A DNA stretch of 64,000 nucleotides from contig CBDHDK010000002.1 of assembly GCA_965261355.1 (NCBI GenBank), forward strand, positions 268,637 through 332,636, read 5' to 3'. The position numbers and the translations under genes are program-made. Of this stretch, positions 23,943 through 34,365 are shown piece by piece (position 1 is the stretch's first letter; each line of letters begins with the position of its first letter). The stretch is from Dehalococcoidia bacterium. Its GTDB lineage: Bacteria; Chloroflexota; Dehalococcoidia; Lucifugimonadales; UBA3495. The notes beneath the pieces were generated by a model. That model did not search any database. It was not told where the DNA came from and worked only from the letters and a program-made list of their open reading frames with translations.

Positions 23943-24189
23943 GCGGGGACCAGATCGGTGTTCCCGGGTGCGATTCCCGGGCGGAGCCGTCTTGAACTGT
24001 TGGGACGGCGAAAGGGCAGGTTTTCTTGGTCATTGCGACTAAAGTCAACCTTTTTTACAACGGCGATTCATCCACTGGCTCATCCACATGGACCGCTCCG
24101 GGGCTGACCAGAAGTCAGTCCGAAGACCGCTCTGCTCAGGTGCCACCTCTGGGGCTGGCTGGCAGGATTTAACCGCCAGATGTCAGCGA

Positions 24190-24540
24190 TCTTCCGCTCA
24201 CAGGTTCCACATTGCCGCCGCTCCTGACACCCACGATACCGTGGCGGCCGATGTGGTGCATTTGGCGCGTACCAAGGATGCAGGAACCAACCACTCACAT
24301 CTCAGCGAGTTGCTGAGTGAGCGCGGGGGCATCGACATCGGCAGGACCACACTGCGGCGCATCTTGGTCAACGCCGGGCTGAGCAGTCCGCGGCGCAGGC
24401 GCCAGCCAAAGCACCGGGTACGCCGCCAGCGGCACGGTGGTCGACGCCCTCTTCTGCAAGAAGGAGGACGCCCACAGTTGCTTCCTGCTGATCCACGGTC
24501 CTTTGCAGCGTTGCGGCATTCCCATCGCACTCAACACAAA
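24190..24540 (+). pseudogene. Internal remnant of an IS1202-like transposase
   Basis: NHSHLSELLSERGGIDIGRTTLRRIL matches the 13377 ORF. Confidence 0.75.
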
Positions 24541-24642
24541 CCGCCAAGGTATAATCGAGCCACGGATCAGGATCAAGAACATCCATGGCTTCCTCTAGGT
24601 CTTCGCCGGCAACGTCCAGCATAGACAAGCAGGAACGGAAAT

Positions 24643-25332
24643 ATGACCACCCAAGAAGGAACGCCCCCGGATAGCCTGGTCGCCAGAATGATCGGGGAGT
24701 TGAACGCCAACCCCGAAGCCAGGACCCTATTGTTGCGGGCGCTGCTCACTGACGACTTCCTGCTACTGCCAGCCAAGGTCGACCGGCTGATGGAACTGCC
24801 GGCCAAGGTTGACAAGCTCCAGGAGGACTTAAGCATGCTGATGGAGCTTCCGACCAAGGTCGACCGGCTCCAGGAGGAAGTACGCCAAGTCACAACAGAC
24901 CTGGCCTCCATAAGAGGCTCCCACGCCCGCGACGTAGCCCAACGCGCCGTTCGCCGCATTGCCCGCATCGTCAACTGCCGACTGCAGGAACAACTGAACG
25001 ACGACGACCTCTACGACTTCACAGCCAACAACGACACCACCGGCATCACCCCGGAGGACCTGAAGAGCTTCGAGAATGCCGACATCGTACTCCGGGCCAG
25101 CCACCGCGACAGCGGCGAGATCCACTACATTGCCGTCGAGGCCTCGTTCACCGGCGGGGAGGACGACACCCGCCGCGCCCTGCGCAACGCCCGGTATCTG
25201 ACGCGGTTCACCGGCCAGCCGGCCCATGCAGTGGTTGCTGCACTGCGGCTCACACCGGAAGCGGAAGCGGCCATACGCCATGGTGACCTCACCTGGTACG
25301 AAACAGAGCGCAGACACCTCGAACCAGACTGA
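24643..25332 (+). CDS. Coiled-coil plus PD-(D/E)xK-like protein (paralog 2)
   Basis: ELPAKVD repeats; ADIV..AVEASFT..D..RA.RNA. Confidence 0.65.
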   Translation: MTTQEGTPPDSLVARMIGELNANPEARTLLLRALLTDDFLLLPAKVDRLMELPAKVDKLQEDLSMLMELPTKVDRLQEEVRQVTTDLASIRGSHARDVAQRAVRRIARIVNCRLQEQLNDDDLYDFTANNDTTGITPEDLKSFENADIVLRASHRDSGEIHYIAVEASFTGGEDDTRRALRNARYLTRFTGQPAHAVVAALRLTPEAEAAIRHGDLTWYETERRHLEPD

Positions 25333-25756
25333 GCCACGATGATGGCGGTATCGTCCGACTCAGCTGTAACCGCTGTGGAATATTCTCCACCGAGGTACCC
25401 CTGTACTCGACACCATCCGCTCCGTAGCCGCCTTGACCAGCTCCCCGTCCATGGAAATCCGTCGTCAGAATGCTCACCGAAGACGCGCCGCGAATCCGCG
25501 TCCCAGACGAGCTCCCCACCTACAGCAGACTCAGGATCATGCACTGCGACATCCCGAAGACGAGGTCAGGATGCGCGCCGCAAGCCTCGAGGACTCCTGC
25601 TTCCACTCGGAGACCGAGAAACCCGTCTCCGAGGGTACCGGATCGCTCCCAAAAATTTCTTTTACCGTTCGCGTGTATTGACATAGGGCTGAGCCCGGAG
25701 TGGACCGGGGGTTGGTTTGAAATCGAGGTTAATCCGGGAGTGAGCCAGACAAGGCC

Positions 25757-25792
25757 CACGGTGGTGCGTTCCCCGGGGAACGCACCACCGTG
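25757..25792. repeat. Perfect 36-bp palindrome
   Basis: cacggtggtgcgttcccc|ggggaacgcaccaccgtg. Confidence 0.9.
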
Positions 25793-25892
25793 AAGGTCCG
25801 GTAGAGGGCAGAATTGATGACAGTTGGCCATTGCGCCGGCGACGTCGCTGCGGCTACCGTAAAACCCTCACTCTTCTTCGAGGGCCTGGGTC

Positions 25893-26295
25893 ATGGCCAA
25901 CCCCACCTGCAGGAACTGCGACCGCAGCGCCGACGCCGGCGCTTACTGCAGTTCGTGCGCCGCGGGAATCATGGCCAGTGCCCTCAACCCCCACTCCCGC
26001 GGCCGATGGAAGAAACTTCCGCTAGGACAAGGGACACTTCCCCGGCGGCCAGGACCCACTGCCAACAACTCTTCAGGTCAACAGCGCCTGTTCGGGTAGT
26101 CCCGAGACTAGCGTTACAGGGTGTAACGATATGAGGAAGATGGCCGCCTGCTGGACCTGCGGCCGCACCTTCTGGGTGTGGCGGCTCAGGGAGCGCAACT
26201 TCTGCTCTGGGAAGTGCCGGGTGCGACATCACCGCTCGGCCTACAGGAAGCCCGGTCCCTCGACCTCGGGCGGGACACCCGCTGACATGGGGTAG
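25893..26295 (+). repeat. Copy 2 of zinc-finger module (ORFs 25893-26099 and 26131-26295)
   Basis: CxxC..CxxC and CxxC..CSGKCR ORFs separated by cgttacagggtgtaacg. Confidence 0.7.
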
Positions 26296-26296
26296 G

Positions 26297-26764
26297 TCAG
26301 TCGCCGGTGTCGGCGCTGGAGAGCATATCCAGGTCGGCGCCTGGGAGCATCTTCAAGTCTCCATTGGAGAGGGCCTGGTACAGGGTCTGCTTGCCGGTGA
26401 GCATGTATGGGAGGAAGACCTCTTCCACTGTGACCATCTCCGTCTCGATCAGTGCCATCTGGGCCAGTATCCACTCCTTGATGATTCGCCAGGCGGTGCG
26501 GTTCGCCTGTTGCATCCGCGCCGCGGGGTTCGTCTTCATCACCCGGTCCCGGGTCAGTATCTCGAAGACCGCATCAGCGTTGATGGGGAGGGAGAAGCCC
26601 AGAGTCCCGCTCGCCGTCTCCATGCGCCATTTCAGGCCGGTGGCCATTCCTCCGGGACCATAGTGGGTGAGAATCTCGGTTACGCCCTTCCTGACGAGGA
26701 TGGACATGATCTCGGCGGCGGTCTGCTCGGCCGGGATCTTTGTCGTGTAGTTCAGCAGAGGCAC
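26297..26764 (-). CDS. Hypothetical protein of a phage/ICE-type family
   Basis: PLLNYTT..QA.RTAWRIIKEW..AQMA..EEVFLPY; RBS ggagg. Confidence 0.6.
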   Translation of the reverse strand: MPLLNYTTKIPAEQTAAEIMSILVRKGVTEILTHYGPGGMATGLKWRMETASGTLGFSLPINADAVFEILTRDRVMKTNPAARMQQANRTAWRIIKEWILAQMALIETEMVTVEEVFLPYMLTGKQTLYQALSNGDLKMLPGADLDMLSSADTGD

Positions 26765-26960
26765 GGTGATGCTGACCTCCTCGTATAAGGTATCCACCAC
26801 GATAGCACCGGGGATAGCACCGGGCCGGTCGCCTCCTGGGGTCCTGACCAACCACTTCCTGGACGTAAGGGAACAACTCAGTCCCTGATTCCATTGTGAG
26901 ATCCCCGGGAAAACCGCCTGGTATAAAATGGACAAAGCAGGGTTGCCCGGGAGGCCTTTA

Positions 26961-27326
26961 ATGGACAAGATGACCGAGACGTCCAATTACCCACTGTGGC
27001 AAGTCGATCAGGCGGAAAAGGCCATCAGCGCCGGGAACATCGGGGATGCCGGCCTGATGATGTACAGCGCCATCGAGACCACGATGATCGGCTTGGCCCA
27101 GCGCAGAAATCTCCCCCATGCAGACCACGACGACCTGCTCCGCCTGGCCATAACCCTGGACGAAGAACACGGACCCGAATGGTCTCACTTCGTGCGGTTT
27201 GAAGCTGCCAGGGCAATGTACGACAACTTCCACCTGCGATTCCTGAACATTGAGGAGACCCTCATGTCTCCGGAGAACGCCAGGGAGTTCGTAAGCTGCC
27301 TGCAGGAATACTACGCGGCCGCATGA
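26961..27326 (+). CDS. PaREP1/HEPN-like protein
   Basis: QAEKA..G....AG.MMY.A ... MYDNFH. Confidence 0.5.
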   Translation: MDKMTETSNYPLWQVDQAEKAISAGNIGDAGLMMYSAIETTMIGLAQRRNLPHADHDDLLRLAITLDEEHGPEWSHFVRFEAARAMYDNFHLRFLNIEETLMSPENAREFVSCLQEYYAAA

Positions 27327-27703
27327 CCCCTGCGGAAAGGCTTGCTGAGGCCAGGGACATGGCCATTCTGGCCGCAGAGCTCCAGGCCAGGGGCATTCTG
27401 ACCGCGTCTGGCGAGATGCTGTGGGGAGCTGTCAACCACATCATCAATGCCATTGCTGACCACCACGGGCTTGTCATGGCCAGCGGCGCCCCGATGTCCA
27501 GGCGCCTTGTGATGGAACACCTGCAGCAGGCGGACCCCAGGGAACCGCCACTGCAGAACAGCCTAGCTGTGGTCGGTGAGCTGCACGGCCACTTCTACAA
27601 CAAGCACATGAACGATGTGCGACATGCTGGCGCGATGACCGCTTCATTCCAGCTTGTGGAATATCTTCTGAGAAGGCCTGAGGTGCTGGTCATTGGCCAA
27701 TAA
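27323..27703 (+). CDS. PaREP1/HEPN-like protein
   Basis: SGEMLWGA ... LHGHFY; ATGA overlap. Confidence 0.6.
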   Translation: MTPAERLAEARDMAILAAELQARGILTASGEMLWGAVNHIINAIADHHGLVMASGAPMSRRLVMEHLQQADPREPPLQNSLAVVGELHGHFYNKHMNDVRHAGAMTASFQLVEYLLRRPEVLVIGQ

Positions 27704-28020
27704 CAAACCCCGCTGGTGCGCACGGCTTGGTGCCGAACGGACCGCGGGGAGGGGTAAACTAAAGGGCCCCCTAGAGGCCGAAAATTCAGCTCGCACAAGA
27801 TGGGTTTCGTTAGCTGGATGTGATCAAGGCTCACTTGCGCTTATCTGCGGTATTGGAAAGCGACCCCGGTAATTCCCGCCCCAATCAGTTTTGCATGCCC
27901 CTTGTCCGTGGGCTACAGCTGAGGCACCGCTTTCCAAAAGGTAATTAAAGGGCGGTAGGATAGCACGCAGACTCCAGCGGATCCCTAATTACTTCAGCGA
28001 AGAGGAAGCGGCCGCCCTAG

Positions 28021-28168
28021 CAGCCCGTCCGAGAAACAATGGTCTAAGCGAAAATCGTCTTCAACGACATCAATTTTTCCGATTACTGTTTTATTGGAGC
28101 CTATTAGTCACCAATGCGATTAGACTGTAACGCTTTTCGTCTCCAAAATCTAATCCTCGGACAGGCTG
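28021..28168. mobile_element. MITE, CTAG-flanked
   Basis: 13-bp TIR cagcc(c/t)gtccgag; CTAG at 28017-28020 and 28169-28172. Confidence 0.7.
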
Positions 28169-28172
28169 CTAG

Positions 28173-31100
28173 AAATCTGGCCGGAAAGTGGTTTGAGTCG
28201 CCGAGCATTTATAATTGGGGTCAACAAGAGTAGCGAGGGTTGAGAATGCTGGGAGAGCGTTCGGACCAGAGGGGTCTTTGGGAAGCGGACCGGTTGTACC
28301 TGGACCACGTGGGGAAGGACACCTTCTACGGTCTGCTGGCTTCCCTGCGGGGCCGGCTGTTCCAGGACTCCGATTTCGCGGTGTTCTACTGCGCTGACAA
28401 CGGCCGGGACAGCGTGCCGCCCAGCCTGCTGGCCACGGCGCTGCTGTTGCAGACCCACGACAAGGTGAGCGACGCCGAGGCCAAGGCCCGGGCCGACTTC
28501 GACATCCGCTGGAAGGTGGCTCTGGGGATTGAGGTGGAGGACAGGCCCTTCGCCAAAAGCACGCTCCAGGTGTTCCGGGCCCAGCTGATCCTGCACGACA
28601 GGGTGCGGGAGGTATTCGAGTCCAGCGTGCGCCTCGCCCGGGAGTCGGGCTACCTGAAGAGGCGCAGCATGAAGGTGGCTCTGGACACGACCAACATCCT
28701 GGGCCGGGGCGCGGTGAGGGACACCTACAATCTGCTGGCCGACGGGATCGTCAAACTGATGCGGGCGCTGGCGCAGGTTGAGGGAATCAGCGTCGGGAAA
28801 TGGGCCAAGGCCCGGGGATACGGGCGGTACCTCGCCTCCAGCATCAAGGGAGAGGCGACCATCGACTGGTCGGACAAGCGGGCGCGGACGGCACTGCTGG
28901 CGGGGATTGTGGGAGACGCGGACCGGCTCTTGGAATTATCGCGGCTGGCCCAGGGGGAGTTGCCCGAGGACGGTGCTGAGCGTCAGCAGATAGTGGCGGC
29001 GGCGGAACTGCTGGGGCAGTTGCTGCTCCAGGACATTGAGCGCAAGGGTGGCGACGGCGACGGCGACGGCGATGACGGCGTGAGCCTCAAGGACGGGGTG
29101 AGCAAGGACCGGATGATGTCGGTGCACGACCCTGAGATGCGCCACGGGCACAAGAGCAGCAGGAGACGCTTCGACGGACACAAGGCGGCGATTGTGGTTG
29201 ACACCGACACCCAGCTGATCACCGCCGTGGAGGTACTGCCGGGCAACGCTCCGGACAACCTGGGGGCGCTGGAACTGGTAGAACAGAGCGAGGCCAACAC
29301 CGGTGTGCCGGTGCAGGAGGCCATGGGCGACGCCGCCTATGGAGACGGAGCTACCAGGCAGACCTTCGCCGACGCGGGCCGCACCCTGATTGCCCGGGTG
29401 CCGGGACGGCCCGACCGGCAGCGCTTTCCCAAGAATGACTTTGTCATCGACCTGGTGGCGGGCAGTTGCACCTGTCCGGCAGGGCAGGTCACCCACACCA
29501 TAGTGCCAGCGGGACGGCGTACGGATGCCGCGGGTCGGATACACCACTTGCAGGCCTTCCAGTTCGACGGGTCCGAATGTATGACATGTCCCCTGCGGTC
29601 TCAGTGCATCTCGGCCAAGGGCAGGAAGGGACGGCGGGTGCTGATCCATCCCCAGGAGGCTCTCCTGCAACAGGCCCGTGCGTTGCAACAGAGCGCCGGG
29701 TATGACGAATATCGAGCGCGACGCGTGGTGGTCGAGCACAGATTGGCCCGACTGGTCCAGTTGGGCATTCGCCAGTCCCGCTACTTCGGACGCGCCAAGA
29801 CGCGATTCCAGCTGTACCTAGAAATCTGGCCGGAAAGGGTTTGAGTCGCCGAGCATTTATAATTGGGGTCAACAAGAGTAGCGAGGGTTGAGAATGCTGG
29901 GAGAGCGTTCGGACCAGAGGGGTCTTTGGGAAGCGGACCGGTTGTACCTGGACCACGTGGGGAAGGACACCTTCTACGGTCTGCTGGCTTCCCTGCGGGG
30001 CCGGCTGTTCCAGGACTCCGATTTCGCGGTGTTCTACTGCGCTGACAACGGCCGGGACAGCGTGCCGCCCAGCCTGCTGGCCACGGCGCTGCTGTTGCAG
30101 ACCCACGACAAGGTGAGCGACGCCGAGGCCAAGGCCCGGGCCGACTTCGACATCCGCTGGAAGGTGGCTCTGGGGATTGAGGTGGAGGACAGGCCCTTCG
30201 CCAAAAGCACGCTCCAGGTGTTCCGGGCCCAGCTGATCCTGCACGACAGGGTGCGGGAGGTATTCGAGTCCAGCGTGCGCCTCGCCCGGGAGTCGGGCTA
30301 CCTGAAGAGGCGCAGCATGAAGGTGGCTCTGGACACGACCAACATCCTGGGCCGGGGCGCGGTGAGGGACACCTACAATCTGCTGGCCGACGGGATCGTC
30401 AAACTGATGCGGGCGCTGGCGCAGGTTGAGGGAATCAGCGTCGGGAAATGGGCCAAGGCCCGGGGATACGGGCGGTACCTCGCCTCCAGCATCAAGGGAG
30501 AGGCGACCATCGACTGGTCGGACAAGCGGGCGCGGACGGCACTGCTGGCGGGGATTGTGGGAGACGCGGACCGGCTCTTGGAATTATCGCGGCTGGCCCA
30601 GGGGGAGTTGCCCGAGGACGGTGCTGAGCGTCAGCAGATAGTGGCGGCGGCGGAACTGCTGGGGCAGTTGCTGCTCCAGGACATTGAGCGCAAGGGTGGC
30701 GACGGCGACGGCGATGACGGCGTGAGCCTCAAGGACGGGGTGAGCAAGGACCGGATGATGTCGGTGCACGACCCTGAGATGCGCCACGGGCACAAGAGCA
30801 GCAGGAGACGCTTCGACGGACACAAGGCGGCGATTGTGGTTGACACCGACACCCAGCTGATCACCGCCGTGGAGGTACTGCCGGGCAACGCTCCGGACAA
30901 CCTGGGGGCGCTGGAACTGGTAGAACAGAGCGAGGCCAACACCGGTGTGCCGGTGCAGGAGGCCATGGGCGACGCCGCCTATGGAGACGGAGCTACCAGG
31001 CAGACCTTCGCCGACGCGGGCCGCACCCTGATTGCCCGGGTGCCGGGACGGCCCGACCGGCAGCGCTTTCCCAAGAATGACTTTGTCATCGACCTGGTGG

Positions 31101-31979
31101 CGGGCAGTTGCACCTGTCCGGCAGGGCAGGTCACCCACACCATAGTGCCAGCGGGACGGCGTACGGATGCCGCGGGTCGGATACACCACTTGCAGGCCTT
31201 CCAGTTCGACGGGTCCGAATGTATGACATGTCCCCTGCGGTCTCAGTGCATCTCGGCCAAGGGCAGGAAGGGACGGCGGGTGCTGATCCATCCCCAGGAG
31301 GCTCTCCTGCAACAGGCCCGTGCGTTGCAACAGAGCGCCGGGTATGACGAATATCGAGCGCGACGCGTGGTGGTCGAGCACAGATTGGCCCGACTGGTCC
31401 AGTTGGGCATTCGCCAGTCCCGCTACTTCGGACGCGCCAAGACGCGATTCCAGCTGTACCTAGCGGCTACAGTGGCCAACCTGACCCTGGTGGCGGGCAA
31501 AATCGAGCTGTCGGACAGTGTCGGCGGTGGGCTTCCGCGCCACCGCGCCGTCCTCAGTGCCGTCCCCAGTGATGTCCAGGCTGTTTCCCACGGTGTGGTC
31601 GCCCATGCTACGGCCATTTTCGGCGCTGTCCGGCTCGGACTGCTGTGGTCCCAGATTCTGTTCGCCCCGGCTTTACTGCCGAAATCTCTCTCCCCATCCA
31701 GGGCTTTTCGGCCCGGCTTCTAGCGGCTACAGTGGCCAACCTGACCCTGGTGGCGGGCAAAATCGAGCTGTCGGACAGTGTCGGCGGTGGGCTTCCGCGC
31801 CACCGCGCCGTCCTCAGTGCCGTCCCCAGTGATGTCCAGGCTGTTTCCCACGGTGTGGTCGCCCATGCTACGGCCATTTTCGGCGCTGTCCGGCTCGGAC
31901 TGCTGTGGTCCCAGATTCTGTTCGCCCCGGCTTTACTGCCGAAATCTCTCTCCCCATCCAGGGCTTTTCGGCCCGGCTT
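28173..31979 (+). mobile_element. IS1182-like element copy 1, split by copy 2
   Basis: 5' part 28173-29817 and 3' part 31724-31979; CTAG-flanked. Confidence 0.88.
29822..31719 (+). mobile_element. IS1182-like element copy 2 (transposase 29888-31723)
   Basis: GRDSVPP N-terminal domain, ALDTT, GDAAYG, CTCPAG, VVEHRLA; CTAG duplicated at 29818 and 31720. Confidence 0.88.
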
Positions 31980-32115
31980 CTAGGGCGTGTGGAGAATCAA
32001 CAGGAGCAATCACTGACATGCCATCAAACATGACGATAACGCCTGCCGGTCCCACTACCCGCACCACCGACAGCGACAGTGTACAATCCGACCAGCACCG
32101 TTCGGAGGACACAAC

Positions 32116-32322
32116 ATGAGGCTAAAGGGCACCGTAAAGGGCCAGACCATAGTGTTCGACCACCCCATCGACCTGCCCGAAGGCCACCGGGTGGAAGCGG
32201 ACGTAAATCCGATTGAGTCACCCCTAGACCTCGAAAAGTACGGCATCAGGCCCTTCCCCCCCGCCGACTACGTGGTCACCAACGACATCGTCAACGACAT
32301 CCGGGACGAACTGGGCATCTGA
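32116..32322 (+). CDS. Putative antitoxin
   Basis: Small ORF before the PIN toxin; KGTVKG..I....IDLPEG. Confidence 0.6.
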   Translation: MRLKGTVKGQTIVFDHPIDLPEGHRVEADVNPIESPLDLEKYGIRPFPPADYVVTNDIVNDIRDELGI

Positions 32323-32325
32323 ACT

Positions 32326-32754
32326 ATGAGATCACTCTACGACGTAAACGCCCTACTCGCCCTGCTGGACACGAATCACGATTCTCACAACGCCGTATCC
32401 TCCTGGTTCGGGAACAACATCGAACACGGATGGGCCTCCTGTCCGCTAACCCAGAACGGCTACCTGCGCATCGTCTCACAAGCCCGCGACCCGCGACCAA
32501 GACCCCTTGCCGAGGCCTACCAGCAAATGCTGACAGCCACCGCCGCCCCGCAACATCAATTCATTCCCGACGACGTAAGCCTGCTTGACGACACAGTGGT
32601 GCGCTTCCGCCACGTGTCCGGCCACCGGCAACTCACCGACATATACCTGCTGGCCCTTGCAGTGGCCCATGAAGCGCAACCGGTAACGCTGGACACTCAC
32701 ATTCCCCTCAACGCCGTCCACGGGGCCAAGGAAAACAACCTGGCTACAATCTAA
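32326..32754 (+). CDS. vapC: PIN-domain VapC toxin
   Basis: DVNALLAL, TQNGYLRI, QLTDIYLLALA, VTLD. Confidence 0.85.
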   Translation: MRSLYDVNALLALLDTNHDSHNAVSSWFGNNIEHGWASCPLTQNGYLRIVSQARDPRPRPLAEAYQQMLTATAAPQHQFIPDDVSLLDDTVVRFRHVSGHRQLTDIYLLALAVAHEAQPVTLDTHIPLNAVHGAKENNLATI

Positions 32755-32960
32755 TATCCCCTTCCCCTTGCCAGCCGAGCGCCCACACCACAGCTGGCAT
32801 CCAGAACCGGCCAAATGTCCAACAGGCCCTAGTGGCCCAACTGCTTTGATATGATGACTTGAAGAGTATCGGTCTTTTCGAAGAGCACCGTCGGCAGAGT
32901 ATCGCCGGGTACTCCGGCCAATATTGTCCACTCATCAGCTCAAAGATGTCGTACTACTAG

Positions 32961-33130
32961 AAGTCTGGCCGGAAAGCCATTGGCCGGGTTTTGCGCTACT
33001 CGAAGCAGACGTATTCAAGATTTATATGGCATGGTGGTGCATGTAATACGTTGCAACACCCACTATACCGTCGATAATCGACGTTAAGAAAACGCCGCCC
33101 TGGTGGGAATCGAGGTTTCCGGCCAGACTT
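32961..33130. mobile_element. MITE related to the IS1182-like ends
   Basis: Perfect 15-bp TIR aagtctggccggaaa; CTAG on both sides. Confidence 0.85.
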
Positions 33131-33134
33131 CTAG

Positions 33135-34361
33135 TAGTTCGCCGCTATTGTATTGACGGGTAGAGAGACTTGAGCTTGATGCGGGCGTCCTCGGTGGTGA
33201 AGCGCCAGTCCACTCGAATTGCCTCCCGGTTTCGTTGCTCTTGCCATGCTCCGGTTTCCCGCGCCAAGTCTTCCTGGCGGGGTATCCGGCGGTCAAGGCA
33301 CTGTCGCGCCAGCACCCCCAGTTCTATCTCCGCTATATTGAGCCAACTCCCGTGCTTCGGCGTGTAGTGAATCTCCAGCCGTTCGGCGATGCGCCGCGCC
33401 TCCGCCGGCTCGAAGGCCGCGTATAGCGACGCCGGGTGATGGGTGTTCAGGTTGTCCATCACCAGCACTATTCGCTCCTTGTTGGGGTAGTCCTCATCCA
33501 CCAGCCTCCGCACCACCTCAGCCCAGTCGGTCCTGGTGCGCCGGTCCGTGACCTCCACCCGCCGCCATCCCTCCAAGGGCGCGAACAGCATGAACAGGTT
33601 GCTCACCCCGTTTCGCTGGTATTCGTGATCGTAGGCCATGGGTGCCCCGGGCCGCGGCGGGAGGGGTTGCCGGGTCTCCTGCACCAGTTGCTTGCTGGTC
33701 TCGTCCAAGCACACCAAGACCTCATTGTCCTGGTATTCACGATGATAGACCTCCAGCACGTCCTCCATGGCGCACACGAATTCTGCGCTGCCTTGGGGCG
33801 GGAGGCACCAGCACTCCTTCAGCCAAGGCTTGAGTTCGTTTTTTTCAGAGTCCGGCGCACCGTCTCCGGGCTGATGCTGTCCACAATCTCCCGCTCCACC
33901 AATCCGTCGGCCAGCATCTGCATGGTCCAGCTGACCCGTCCCTCCGGCGGCTGGGATATGGCCATGGCAATCAGATGGGCCTCACTTTGGCCATCGAGCT
34001 TCCTCTGACGGCGGCGCAGTTGCTCCCTGCGCCCCAAGGCTGCATCAACCCCCTCCTCCACGCATCGGCGCCGCACCCGCTCCACCGTGGCGGTGCCCAC
34101 CTTGAGGGCCCGGGATATCTCCTGGTCCATCATTGGTTCGCCAGACTGGTTCTCATCGCTGAGCAGGAGGATGCGCGCGTGAGTCTGTTTGTAGGCCGCA
34201 GCCCGGCCTTTGGACACCAGTGCCCTCAACTCCTCCTGCTCCTCCCCAGTCAGTCCCACACGGTATTTCTTGACCATCACATCCACCCCACTTCACGATC
34301 CTCTTCCTTCGGCTCCGGTTTCCTGCATCTTACCAGACATCATTTCAATGATGGTCGTCTA
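33135..34361 (-). mobile_element. IS630-family element, apparently intact (orfA 33819-34286, orfB to 33145; probable programmed -1 frameshift)
   Basis: CLDETSKQ, VMDNLNTH, HGSWLNIAEIEL; A7 run at LKKT. Confidence 0.9.
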
Positions 34362-34365
34362 CTAG

